Source: Octopus vulgaris (taxonomy: Eukaryota). From it: a stretch of 64,000 nucleotides of DNA. The position numbers and the translations under genes were made by a program. The stretch is taken from NCBI GenBank assembly GCA_951406725.2, contig OX597824.1, forward strand, positions 44,888,001 to 44,952,000, read 5' to 3'. Within the stretch, counting starts at the first letter, position 1. Each line of letters opens with the position of its first letter. The notes under the pieces are model-generated. The model was not told where the DNA came from. It saw only the letters and a program-made list of their open reading frames with translations, and did no database searches. This document shows, piece by piece, positions 1 to 12,490 of this stretch.

Positions 1-739
1 TTTAGAAATTAAGATACAGCATATAGCCCCAGTAGAGTACAGATTTAGTGACTTGCACTAAAGCTCCCTCTTTAACTATTTTTTAACATATTTATTGGAG
101 AAATGATAATAAAAATTTGAATGAATCTGTGAAAAACATATTTGACAATTATCTTATTAAACATCCTTAATGCTGTTGTCTTTGATGTTTTTCTCACAAT
201 AATTAAATTATTAAATCGCTGTATCATTTTGAGAATTTTTTGAAAATTTTCCTAACTACCAGTTTTTTTTTTGTTTTTTTTGTCCTCCTCAAATGTATAT
301 TATAGAAAATTTTATTATTATAACTATATATGTATGTGTTTTTCCCTTAATATTGATCTGGTATTTTTGTTTTGTTATAAAAATTTCTTTATCACCATCA
401 GTCTAACCACTTATGTGGATACAACAGTAAGATAGTTTTTTATATGGTTGAAGGATCTTTCCAGTGTTAACTTTTTACAAATTCTTGTATTCTCCCCTGG
501 CGTTTATTTCCTCCACCAGTTCCATGTATATGTAACTATATTTTGTATGTTACCCTCAAGCAAGGCTCCATCTCAAATAAATTCACTTTGAGATTTCTTA
601 CTAAAATTTGATTGCTTTCTGCAATCCTGTCCAATTCTTCCATATACAAAATGTGTCTATGTTCATGTTTGTGTGTCTACATATGTGCGTAGGACTGGGT
701 GAATGTATGCATGTATACATGACTGTCTCTATACAAATA

Positions 740-910
740 CATGTGTGTGTGTTATATAGGTTTATGTATGTATGTATTTGGGTGTGTGTTTATATGCATA
801 TATATATATATATAAAGATGAGTTTTTGAATGGATGGATATATGCACATATATATTTATATATATGTGTGTGTGTGTGTGTGTATTTATCTTTGAGTTTA
901 TGTTTGTATG

Positions 911-949
<39 letters not shown>

Positions 950-952
950 GCA
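740..952. repeat. (TA)n/(TG)n/(CA)n microsatellite block
   Basis: Directly visible. Similar blocks at 5170-5470, 6059-6090, 6245-6375, 13220-13310 and 14085-14260. Confidence 0.9.
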
Positions 953-1559
953 CCTAGTCATTAATCAGAGCCACATGAACAGGGTGTTCTTATATTAGAA
1001 CAACAAATGATATATTCGCTGATGGTGCACAATGATGCCAAAATGCATGTGTTCTACAGTCTGATAATCTCAAACATAATCCAATATTGTGTTTTTGCGC
1101 ATGTTGTCAAAAAGGTGAATTTTTCTCTTGAGTTAATTTCTGCAGCATGACCTTCCATGTCTGAGTAAACACAAATATGCTTAACATAATTCTACACTCT
1201 TATATTTCATTCCATGCTGCTTAGTACACCACTGATTAATTCCAGCTTGATAAAGCTTTGCACTCAAAAGCAAATCTACTATTTGTTGGTTTAATATAAG
1301 AACAACCTTTCATTAGTGGCTATGAAGAGTGACTTGGTATTCATAGTTGATGATGCACAATAATGCAGAATCACGTGCTTTGTGGTCTGACATCATTCAT
1401 AGCCCAATTGTTTCACACATCTTTTTAATAAGTATTCTCTTGAGACAATCTCTGCAGTGTATATCTTTTTATGACTGAATATACATAAACATGTTAAGTA
1501 TGGTTATGCAAGCTTATATATATATATATATATACATACACATGCATGCACACATACAA

Positions 1560-2750
1560 TAGGAACTGATGAGCTGCAGGCTGCACCAAGCTCTAATATC
1601 TGTTTTGGCATGGTTTCTTCAATGACTTGCCCTTCCCATATGCCAACCACTTTAGAGAGTGAACTGGAGTGCTTTTCTGTGGTACCAGCACTAGTGAGGT
1701 TACCAAGTAGTTGCAAAACAAGACCCTCCCCCTCATCTGAGTTGGGTATTATATTGAAGATGAAAGTGTTATATAGGACAGGAACAGGGTCTTGCTGCAG
1801 AGGTGAATACATGGCATCCACAGTTGGAAAGAGAGAGAAAATAGCGATAGAGGAACAGAAAAAAGGTGGGTGGGTAGGTAAGGATGCAAGGATGTTTTGT
1901 GATTAGAGATGAGGAATGTGGAGGATGCAGTGTGAGGAAGGAAAAGTGAAGAAAATAGGTGTGGGTAATGGAGATGGAGGAGGTAATAAGGGACACTAGT
2001 TGGGATGCAATGAAGTAAAGGGGGATAAATATTTGCCACACCTGAGTAGAGCTACAGTTTGATGACTGGTTGGGTGTTAGATGATTAGTTGTAGGGAAAG
2101 GCTTGATGGAACCTCATTTTTGCTGAGATGATCTAGTCTTTTCAAGCATAGCATATTGACATTCATTTCAATCGTTAGTCATCTCTTTTATGGAGCTCAG
2201 CATTTTGAGTTTGGTCTTCACTACTTCATCCTACATTTCCCTGGGTCTTTCTATTCTACATGTTGCATCCATGTTAAGCGATTAGCACTTCTTTATATAG
2301 TTGTTTTCATTAATACCAGCACAAGCTCTTGCATGCCACACCTGATGCCGCTTATCCCTAGTATTTTTTTCTCAACACATTTGCACACTGCCATATATGC
2401 AAAATGTTGTTGCATATCCAGTGGAGCATGCTAGTTTCCTATCTTCCTCATCTTCACAGCCCACTTTTCACAACCATCTAGCATTGCTGTTTATGCACAA
2501 GCATCCTATAATCTGACTTTTGGTCTGAGAGATAGGCCTTTTGTTACTAACAGAGGTAATAGCTCTCTGAACTTTCTCCAGCCAGTTCTTATTTCAACGA
2601 CTATATACTCAGCACATTTCTCTCAACTATTAATTAGGTCTCCTTGGTAACAGAAACTATCTATTACCACTAAGGATCCTCTCTGGCATTTCAGATCCAT
2701 TTCTCGTATGCTCCTAATTTTCATTGCACCTACACATCTTCCACAGAGAA
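1560..2750 (-). mobile_element. Old, decayed RTE copy (3' UTR plus RT C-terminal remnant)
   Basis: 2430-2745 resembles 9660-9970 (ggccttttgttactaacagaggtaatagctctctgaacttt). 1570-1700 resembles the RTE tail motif. Confidence 0.65.
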
Positions 2751-2929
2751 AGTCTAGTTTTTATTATAGTTTGCTCTGAGTACACTATATACAATTTCTA
2801 CCTACACCTCTCCTACATATTGAACAGGACCATTTACCTGAAGGGATTAGTATCCTGTCTGCTTTCTTGCTTTCTAGAACTTCAGCCTTTGCTAAAGGAA
2901 AGACCTAACCCATACTCTGAATTCTCTTA

Positions 2930-4280
2930 GCTTCAAGGTCACAATAGAAACCAACCTGAAGATAGTTGATTTCTTTGATGTGACTTTTGACTTGGAATCC
3001 AGTGCCTATAGGCCTTTTAAGAAGCTGAATGGGAAGCTGGCATACAATAGCACAGCTTTCTATCATTCAGCTGTTGTGTTCAAGAATTTAGTGAAGGGTG
3101 TCAGCAGAAGAATCTCTGACCTGTCTTCAAGTGAAGAGATTTTTGAAGCCACTGCTTCAAACTACAGCAAGGCTCTGGCTGCCAGCTGTTTTAAGGATGG
3201 GATTAATTACCTGACTTTAACCCCACTGAAAGAAAACACCATCTGAAATTATTGTGGTTCATATCCATTTCTCCCTAACATAAAAGCTAGTGTGGGTAAG
3301 ATCTTCCTTAACTTAGTGGATAAATGCGTTTCCCTTATGAATTGCTTCCATAAAATAATAGACACACTTTAAAAGTTTCTTTTAGCTGTGCATCCAATAT
3401 AAAGAAAATATTAGTAAGTAGACTCACACCTTAGACAGAGGCAACACCACATGTTCCCTTAACAGCTACTGCAACACAGAGTTGTATATGAGACGCAGGT
3501 GACATCAAAGGACTCCAGCAGGCAGTCAAACATGCAACAAATCCTTTCACAACCAGACTTAACAATTTTCTTTAATATTTAGGAGAGATGCAATGTCACA
3601 ACTCTAGCTAAGCATTTATAGTCATTGAAGGAAAGTATCAAGTCAAGAATCTTGGAGATGTGCAAGACTTATATTACAATTAGCAGAAAGTGCAGACTAT
3701 GTCTAACTGAGAAAAGATTTGTGTTAAAAAACTCTCTTCACTCAGACACCTATCTAAACTGCAAGAGCAAAATTTTTAACCTAGCTCACATGAGAGAAAA
3801 TATGTATTGTCTTACCTAGGAGATCCACCATGATTATAAATGCTAAGTCCTCCATTATCAGTTCATCTACCACTACATTTTGAGAGCCAACACAGATTTG
3901 ACCAAAACCATACACAAACATATGTATATGCTCCCATATGTGGGGTTAAAGATTTGGGTACCCACTTGCTTCTACATATATCAACCTCTTCAAAATACCT
4001 CCTACATGCTTATTAATCCAGCACACCTTTGCTGCATCACATCTTATTCAGGTTTTTTGGCAGACAAGAGACATACCTCTTTATAAATCCCTTGCTTGTC
4101 TTCCATGACTTTTCATAACATATCTTTTTCATAACACCCACAAACTAGAAGTGACAATTTTCTCCATACCTGCCATTTCTGATGAGTTGAGTTGTATAAC
4201 TGTCTCATTACTTAATATTTGGTGCAAAACCAATTGGTAAGATTGACAGCAATGGATCCATAATACCGTATATTTCAATG
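2930..4280 (+). mobile_element. Penelope-like element, decayed (RT thumb, GIY-YIG C-terminus, 3' end)
   Basis: TIETNLKIVDFFDVTFDL..YRPFKK..VSRRISDLSSSEEIF, then GKIFLNLVDK..LKVSFSC and KCRLCLTEK..LN.KSKIF, typical of PLE ORFs. Hammerhead-like core at 4176-4244. Confidence 0.8.
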
Positions 4281-4879
4281 AATATATCCACTCTATTGAC
4301 AAATATACATATGCCTATATTTTCTGACTTATGAATGCTTGGATAAATATCTGTTTCTCATGCAGGCATGGATTGGACGGTTCAACAGGAGCCAACAAGC
4401 CAAAGAATTGTGTCATGCTTCAATGTTTACTTTAGCATGGTTTCTATGGTTGAATGTGCTTCCTAACACCTTCCATTTTACAGATTGTACTGAGTGCTTT
4501 TTTTGTGGTACTGTCATTTTTGCAGTCACCAATTGGCACATATGACACGACACCTCTACTGTGCAGGGAAATAGTATTGGGGACTCAGAAAGCAAGATAG
4601 AGGGTGTCTTACTAAAGTGGAAATACATGACTTCCCCAGCTGGAAAAAAAAAAAGTGAGGATGTACTCACAAAGTACATGGTGAATGTAAGAGAGTGAAA
4701 GGGATAGGTCAGAAAAGGGAGTGAGTGGCATATGACAAATAGTAGATATGGGGGTAGAACACAGTGAAAGGGGAATGCAAGTGGAGGCATGGTCACTGGT
4801 AAGGAAATAGAAGTGGGTCAAGAAGGTGATAAGGGGCAATATATTCATATATATGTGTGTATACATGAATATAGATGCT

Positions 4880-5020
4880 GCCTTGGCTTTATAAAAGAAG
4901 ACAAGGCCAATATTGAACAGGCAGGCACAGCCATAGTGGCTGCAGTTGAAGGTCTGGTCAGGATTTGATGATGTAGTGTTGCAGTTCTTCCTCCTGCGCC
5001 TTTCATCTTTGAGAACCACC
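4880..5020 (-). mobile_element. RTE/BovB-type ORF C-terminal fragment
   Basis: LKDERRRRK...TFNCSHYGCACLFNIGL resembles the terminal C2H2-like motif of RTE ORFs. Confidence 0.45.
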
Positions 5021-5331
5021 CAGCATATATGTGTGTATGTATATATCTCTATAAATGTACATATATTATTTGTAGCAATGTAGGTGTTCTAATACCCTTT
5101 GTCATATTTAATGACAATTATAGTTTTCCTTTTTGGTAACACATTGCACGCTGCTGATTATATTATTTATATATTTGTATGTGTGTGTATGAGAATCTGT
5201 ATATATATATGTATGTATATATATATATAATATACATTTTGACATCTATTTTCCTAAACATGTATGTGTAGATGTGTGTGTATTTGTGTATATGTATACA
5301 TTTATATGCATGCATATCTATTCATATATGA

Positions 5332-5362
<31 letters not shown>

Positions 5363-6056
5363 TTTATATATGAATGTATACATATATGCATGTGTATGCA
5401 TCTATACATGTATGAATGAATGAATAAATATATATATGTGTATGTATTAATGTTGTTTATATGTATAGCTATATTTAAAAAATGTTTCAAGTATGAGTTA
5501 AAGAATCTCTCAATCCATTTATGTAGACTTCATATTTATTTTAACAAAGAAATTGATAGTGATTTTGAAGCTTCAGCTCCCTTGTCTTTATGAGACTGTA
5601 AAGTTTATTCTATTTTCCAATTTTCTCATATTTTCTAGTTCACTTGTAGGTGGGCCATACAATTTGAAAGTATGTGTAGTTTCATAGTATATTTTTGGTG
5701 GGTAAAGAAACATTTTTATGGATGGTTTAACTGTATGAGAAAACATAAGGTATAGTGGAAACCGTCGATAACTATTTACACTAAAAAAATATACTAGTGA
5801 ATCACATTAACTTTGAAAATAATATTCCTGCACCCATAAGCATATATATATATATATATATAATTGGTGTGGTGATGCAAACAGGAAAAATAGAACTCAA
5901 AATATGAGTGTATGTATATTTGTATATTTTTATTGATATTTAACAGTAAGCAACAGAGTGACCCAAGGTCTGAGAGTTTCATGTGTTAGCACTTATCTAA
6001 CTTGATAATGCAAGAAACTCTCAGATCTTGAGTTACTCTGTTGCTTCTGGTAAATA

Positions 6057-6091
<35 letters not shown>

Positions 6092-7394
6092 TGCTTGGAA
6101 AACCTTACAGTCTGCCAAGAGCACTGAGCTGAAAGTTTGAAGCCTTTTCTTTGTTATAAATATGTGTTACATGTGTGTATATCATCATTTAATGTTCACT
6201 GTTTCAAGCTTGCATGGGTCAGATGGAATTTGTTGAGGCAGATTTATACATATATATATATACATGTTATATAAATACACACATGCACACACACATATTT
6301 GTATATACATACACACATGTATATATACACACACATATACAGAGAGGGAGAGAGATAAATGTGTGTGTGTATGCATGTAAATGTTTTTAGCCAAGATTTT
6401 CTTTTCTTTTTTCGATTTTTTTTTTACTTGTTAAAAAAATATTCTTTTGATATTTTCAATTGAGAAAAGAAAAAATTTGACTTGGAATGGTCAAAAAAAC
6501 TAAATAACAGCATATATAGTTTTTTTATTTACCTGGCACAAATTTTTTTTGATAGAAAGAAAACATAGTTTATTGATTCTTTACCAAATGTCATTGGTAT
6601 TTTATTCCTCCAGAAAAATTAAATATTAAGTCAACTGCTGCAGGATTTGAACTCAAAATATGAGGCACAGATATGATTTAGGCAAAAAAGTTAGTTCAGC
6701 TTTTTATTATCTGTAGTGTCAACCAGTTACTTATGACATTACAAATAATATAGAGCTGTCTCTAGTGTTTATGATGATGAAAATGATTATGATGATGATA
6801 ACAATAATAATAATGATGATCTTTATTAAAAGATGTTGAAGCAGTTAAGCTATTTTTAATTGAAGAAATCTTCAAACACTGCCATTCTGGCTTTAAAATA
6901 TACATCCAGTTATTGAATAAAAGCCAACTTTTCATTTGATTTGTTTTGTCTGTTATTTTTTGCTAAGCATTCTTTTCATTTAAAATAGAAATATCAAAAA
7001 AAAAAAAAAAAAACTTAATTGATAGAAAATATAGTTTCTAATTTTCTTTAAGTTTTATTAAGTATTTATTTCTGTTTGTCCATCTCTGTGTCTGTGTTTA
7101 TGCATGTATGTAAAAATACAAAAGTATATATTGATGTAAAATTTACATAAAATGCATCTTTTCTTGTTTTTAATGAAACACATTTGTAGTTTAGCGCTGG
7201 ATGAACCCTCATGGAGCAAAACCTATGATCAAAGGTATTATAACCATGTCCATCTTGTCATTTTTGGTAGATGTAGGACTACATTACCACATTGTGTCTT
7301 GTCCTTAAATTTTTAGTGGTTTCAAAGACCACATAGAAATTAAACAGTTTAATCCTTTTTTATTACCAAGTACTAATCATACCTACATCTTCAT

Positions 7395-8130
7395 AGACAA
7401 AGATGGCATTCAACCTCTACTAGACAAAGCGCAAGCTATTGAGGACATTCCTCCTCTGACTTTCCATCAGTTACACCACTTCCTTGGCTTACTTAACTTC
7501 AATCATTGATTCATTCCTGACTGCGCTGGATTCTTGTTTCCATTCACCGAGCTTCACAAGAACCAATCCATGAAGAATGAAACCATTTCACTGACTCCTA
7601 TTCAAACTGAAGCTTTTGACACTGTAAAACATGAGCTCTCTAAAGCATCTCTCCTTGCACATCCTGTCTCCGATGCAAAGCTTTCACTTATGGTGGATGC
7701 ATCAGACACTGCAATCAGTGCTGTTTTACAGCAATTTTATCAGCAACACTTGCAACGTGCTTTTTTCTCTCGGCAGCTAAAACCTGCTGAAACATGTTAT
7801 AGCATGTTCAGTCATGAATTGTTGGCAATTCACCTTTCGGTGAAGCAGTTCCAACACATCCTTCACTATATATACTGATCACAAACCTCTTACCTTTGCC
7901 TTGTGGTCCAAGCCAGAAAAGTACTCACCAAGAGAAACTCAACACCTTGATTTTATATCACAATTCACCAATAATATTCAACTCATCTCCAGTGCACAAA
8001 GCACTGCTGCAGATGCATTGTCCCATCTGCTGATTAATTCTTTAGCATCCACTGCAGATATCAACCTGAATATTTTTTTCCTCTGAGCAACTTCCTCTGG
8101 ATCCAATTAAGAAATCTTCTTCCAAATTTG
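7395..8130 (+). mobile_element. Ty3/Gypsy pol fragment (RT C-terminus, RNase H)
   Basis: DGIQPL.DK..AI, LAHP...L.VDASDTAI.AVLQQ, FFSRQL.PAET.YS...ELLAI, TDHKPL, ADALS, with stops and frameshifts. Confidence 0.85.
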
Positions 8131-8299
8131 TGACATCATCATCATCATCATCATTTAGCGTCCGTTCTCCATGCTAGCATGGGTTGGACGGTTCAACTGG
8201 GGTCTGTGAAGCTGGAAGGCTTCATCAGGCCCAGTCAGATCTGGCAGTGTTTCTACGGCTGGATGCCCTTCCTAACGCCAACCACTCCGTGAGTGTAGT

Positions 8300-9255
8300 G
8301 GGTGCTTTTTACGTGCCACCTGCACAGGTGCCAGACAGAGCTGGCAAACGGCCACGAACGGATGGTGCTTTTACGTGTCACCGGCACGGGGCCAGGCGAG
8401 GCTGGCAACGGACACGAACGGATGGTGCTTTTACGTGCCACCAACACGGGGGCCAGACAGAGCTGGCAAACGGCCACGAAACGGATGTTGCTTTTACGTG
8501 TCACCGGCACGGGGGCCAGGCGAGGCTGGCAACGGGCACGAACGGATGGTGCTTTTACGTGTCACCGGCACGGGGGCCAGGCGAGGCTGGCAACGGGCAC
8601 GAACGGATGGTGCTTTTACATGCCACCGACATGGGGGCCAGACAGGGCTGGCAAACGGCCACGAACGGATGGTGCTTTTACGTGTCACCGGCACGGGGGC
8701 CAGGCGAGGCTGGCAACGGACACGAATGGATGGTGCTTTTACATGTCACCGACATGGGGGCCAGACAGGGCTGGCAAACGGACACGAACGGATGGTGCTT
8801 TTACATGTCACCGACATGGGGGCCAGACAGGGCTGGCAAACGGCCACAAACGGATGGTGCTTTTACGTGTCACCGGCACGGGGGCCAGACAGAGCTGGCA
8901 AACGGCCACGAACGGATGGTGCTTTTACGTGTCACCGGCACGGGGGCCAGGCCAGGCTGGCAACGAACACGAACGGATGGTGCTTTTACGTGCCACCTAC
9001 ACAGGGGCCAGACAGAGCTGGCAAACGGCCACGAACGGATGGTGCTTTTACGTGTCACCGGCACGGGGGCCAGACAGAGCTGGCAAACGGCCACAAACGG
9101 ATGGTGCTTTTACGTGTCACCGGCACGGGGGCCAGGCCAGGCTGGCAACGAACACGAACGGATGGTGCTTTTACGTGCCACCTACACAGGGGCCAGACAG
9201 GGCTGGCGAACGGCTACGAACGGATGGTACTTTTACGTGTCATCTGCACGGGGGC
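8300..9255. repeat. 61-62 bp minisatellite in the RTE 3' UTR (about 16 units)
   Basis: GGTGCTTTTACGTGTCACCGGCACGGGGGCCAGRCRRRGCTGGCAA(A)CGGCCACGAACGGAT recurs every 61-62 nt. Confidence 0.95.
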
Positions 9256-9304
9256 CCTGATGTTGATCGACCTCAATTTGGTTTGATCTTGATTTTGACT
9301 GTTC

Positions 9305-11146
9305 TCACTGGTCTTGCCGGGTTTTCTCACGCACAGCATACCTCCAAAGGTCTCGGTCACTGGTCATTTCCTTGGTGAGACCTAAATTTCGAAGGTCGTG
9401 CTTCACCGCCTCGACCCAGGTTTTCCTGGGTCTACCTCTTCCACAGGTCCCCTCAACTGCCAGGGTGTGGCACTTTCGCACACAACTATCTTCAGCCATT
9501 CTCATCACATGACCATACCAGCGCATACGTCTCTCTTGCACACAACAACTGATACTTCTTAGGTTCAACTTTTCTCTCAAGGTACTTACACTCTGTCGAT
9601 TATGAACACTGACGTTACACATCCATCGGAGCATACTAGCTTCATTTCTTGCGAGCTTACGCAAATCCTCAGCAGTCACAGCCCAAGTTTCACTACCATG
9701 TAGCATGGCTGTACGTACACATGCATCATACAGTCTGCCTTTTACTTTGAGCAAGGGGCCTTTTGTCACCAGCAGAGGTAAGAGCTCTCTAAACTTTGCC
9801 CAGGCTATTCTTACTCTAGCAGTTATACTCTCAGCGCACTCGCCCCCGCTACTGACTTGGTCACCTAGGTAACGGAAACTATCAACTACTTCTAGCTTTT
9901 CTCCCTGGAAAGTGACGGAAGTTGGTCTCAGAGCATTTTCAGTGTTAATTGTTCCTGAGCATCTGCCACATACAAAAACCATCTTCCTAGTTAGCCTTCC
10001 TTTGACATTGCTGCACCTCTTATGTGTCCATAGCTTACACTTGGTGCATCTTATAGAGTTTCTACCTACACCTTTTCTACAGATCGAGCAGGGCCATCTA
10101 CCTGAAGGCGTTTGTGATTGGTCTACCTTCCTACTTATTAGGACTTTGGTTTTGGCTAGGTTGATTCTAAGGCCCTTCGATTCTAAACCTTGTTTCCATA
10201 CCTGAAACTTCTCCTCTAGTTCTGAAAGAGACTCAGCAATTAGAGCAAGGTCATCAGCATAGAGGAGCTCCCAGGGGCATCCTGTCTTGAATTCCTCCGT
10301 TATTGCCTGGAGGACTATGATAAATAGGAGGGGACTGAGGACTGAACCTTGGTGGACCCCAACCTCTACCCTGAATTCTTCACTGTACTCGGTGCCAACC
10401 CTCACCTTACTAGCAGCGTCTCTGTACATGGCTTGTACAGCTTTCACTAACCATTCATCTATCCCTAGTTTCCTCATTGACCACCAGATGAGGGATCGGG
10501 GGACCCTGTCGAAGGCTTTCTCCATATCAACAAAAGCCAGGTATAGGGGCTTGTCTTTGGCTTGGTATTTCTCTTGCAGCTGTCTTACCATGAAAATAGC
10601 ATCAGTAGTACTTTTCCCTGGCACGAACCCAAACTGCATCTGATCTAGGCTAACTCTCTCTCTAATTAGTTGGGCTATAACCCTCTCCATAACCTTCATT
10701 ACCTGATCCAGCAGCTTGATACCCCTGTAGCTATTTGTATCTAGGGCGTCACCTTTACCTTTGTAGCAGCTGACTATTATGCTACTACACCAGTCATTGG
10801 GAATGACTCCTTCGTGTATCACCTGGTTAACTATACGGGTGACTAGGCTATAGCCGACACTACCAGATATTTTGAGCATCTCTGCAGTAATTCCTGATGG
10901 GCCTGGGGCTTTCCCTGTTTTCATGCTTTTAATTGCCTTATCTACTAAGGAACTGTCAACTCGGATTGCTGGTCCCTCTGTTGGGTCAACATTCGGCAGA
11001 CTCTCTTTATCCCATTCATTTTCCTCATTCAGCAACCTTTCATAGTGGCTTCTCCAAACCTCTCTCTTTGCATCCTCATTTAGCGCAAGTGAGCCGTCAT
11101 CCGTGCGAACACATTTTTCTCCTACCACGTCACGATTCTCTCTCAC
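9305..11146 (-). CDS. RTE reverse transcriptase (613 aa) with internal Cys/His zinc finger
   Basis: Non-LTR RT motifs QFGF, FVDMEKAFDRV, GVHQGSVLSPLLF, YADD and FRYLG. CSIC..CTKC..H.RC..CGRC lies between YADD and FRYLG. RTE-type C-terminus (LHGSETW, RWYGHV, GRGRPRKTW). Confidence 0.92.
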   Translation of the reverse strand: MRENRDVVGEKCVRTDDGSLALNEDAKREVWRSHYERLLNEENEWDKESLPNVDPTEGPAIRVDSSLVDKAIKSMKTGKAPGPSGITAEMLKISGSVGYSLVTRIVNQVIHEGVIPNDWCSSIIVSCYKGKGDALDTNSYRGIKLLDQVMKVMERVIAQLIRERVSLDQMQFGFVPGKSTTDAIFMVRQLQEKYQAKDKPLYLAFVDMEKAFDRVPRSLIWWSMRKLGIDEWLVKAVQAMYRDAASKVRVGTEYSEEFRVEVGVHQGSVLSPLLFIIVLQAITEEFKTGCPWELLYADDLALIAESLSELEEKFQVWKQGLESKGLRINLAKTKVLISRKVDQSQTPSGRWPCSICRKGVGRNSIRCTKCKLWTHKRCSNVKGRLTRKMVFVCGRCSGTINTENALRPTSVTFQGEKLEVVDSFRYLGDQVSSGGECAESITARVRIAWAKFRELLPLLVTKGPLLKVKGRLYDACVRTAMLHGSETWAVTAEDLRKLARNEASMLRWMCNVSVHNRQSVSTLREKLNLRSISCCVQERRMRWYGHVMRMAEDSCVRKCHTLAVEGTCGRGRPRKTWVEAVKHDLRNLGLTKEMTSDRDLWRYAVREKTRQDQ

Positions 11147-11544
11147 ACACTGTCTTGCTATACGAAATACCTCAAGTCTTTCATCCTCACGGCGCAGGAC
11201 ATTAGCAAATTTTTCCTATCTGCTTCCCCTCTGGCTAAATAAACCTGCCTCCTAGCTTCCCTTCTTGCAGTCTGATACACTTCCCTGCTACCACCGTTCT
11301 TCCAGTCCTTCCAAGCCTGTTTCTTTTGTCTAATAGCCCTGTCAACAGTATTGTTCCACCACCACGTTATTTTGGGTCTTGTGGGGACTTTGCACCAGCC
11401 ACAGATCTGGTCAGTGGCTTTCAGCAGGTTGTCCCTTAGAAGCGCCCAGTTATCTTCTACCCCATGTGTAGCTATGCCCCCTTCTATTTCGTCGAAGGCT
11501 TCAAGTAACGACGAAATAGAAGGGGGCATAGCTACACATGGGGT

Positions 11545-12490
11545 GCAAATTCAAATAATTCCGCCATGCCAACCAGATCCTGTGTGATGTATCATCAGAT
11601 TCAACTCATCCCTTCGTTCCAGAGACCCATAGACAAGCTGTTTTTGAAGCCCTGCATAATCTACTGCATCCTGGAGCCTCAATCTCAGTGAAGCTTGTTA
11701 CAGCTAGATTCTTCTGGCCAAACATGAGGCATGATATCACTGACTGGTCTTGATCTTGTCACTACTGTCAAAGGTTAAAAGTGCATAAACACATTTGTGT
11801 ACCCCTCGGCACCTTCAGCACACCAGACACACATTTCCACTACATCCACATTGATTGTGTTGGACCCTGCCCTGTCAGTCAAGTATATACTTACATCCTT
11901 ACTAGTATTGATCGTTACACTTGCTGGCCTAATTGATATTTCTGCTTACTCTGTAGCACGAGCCCTGGTATCGAGCTGGATATTGCATTATGGTGTCCAT
12001 AGCACCATCACTATTGACCATGGTAGACAGTTTGAATCCCATCTCTTCTCAGAGCTTACCAACATCATTGGTGCTCAACAGGTACGTACTACAAGTTACC
12101 AACCTGCATCTAACAGAATGGTGGAGGGTTTTCATTGACAGTTGAAAGCTGCATTTCATGCTTATCTTAATAATCAATGCTGGATCAAGTACCTCCCCAT
12201 GGTACTCCTTGGCATTTGAACTTTGTTCATGGAAGATCTCAGATACTCCCCAGTGGAGCTGCTGAACGGTGTTTCATTGTCTTTATTGGGGCAGATGCTT
12301 GCCCCAGTAGATTTATTGACTCAGGATCCTGTGTTTTATGTGAGCCACCTTTGAACATATCTTCCCTACCACTGTTGAACACTTGGCACCAAACCATAAA
12401 ACATACAGTCCCAAGGTTTCATGGTCTCATAGACCCACATTTTTGTCAGAAATGATGCCATGAGAAGTCTTCTCACCCAACCATACCTAC
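11545..12490 (+). mobile_element. Ty3/Gypsy integrase fragment (continuation of 7395-8130)
   Basis: HHCC region LH..HPG...FFWPNM...C..CQ, and core HIHID.VGP, TITIDHGRQFESHLF, RTTSYQPASNRMVEGFH. Confidence 0.85.

Larger units (their letters stand above)
8135..11494 (-). mobile_element. RTE-clade LINE, 5'-truncated, young copy
   Basis: Contains the RT ORF 9305-11146, a 3' UTR with a minisatellite, and a (GAT)n tail at about 8135-8155. No APE endonuclease domain is visible. Frameshift near 11205. Inserted into a Gypsy pol fragment. Confidence 0.93.

Noticed and set aside
608-961. Short ORFs rich in Y/I/C/V/H/T (also at 5302, 6185, 13186, 13929)
   Set aside because: They are translations of dinucleotide microsatellites.
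8200-8260. GAAAC and CTGATGA on the minus strand of the RTE tail as a hammerhead ribozyme
   Set aside because: The helices do not form, and CTGATGA is CTGGTGC in the other two copies.
8184-9378. Three long overlapping ORFs (303-358 aa) and a CRISPR-like periodic look
   Set aside because: They are by-products of a stop-poor 61-62 bp minisatellite in an RTE 3' UTR. There are no unique spacers and no cas genes, and the context is eukaryotic.
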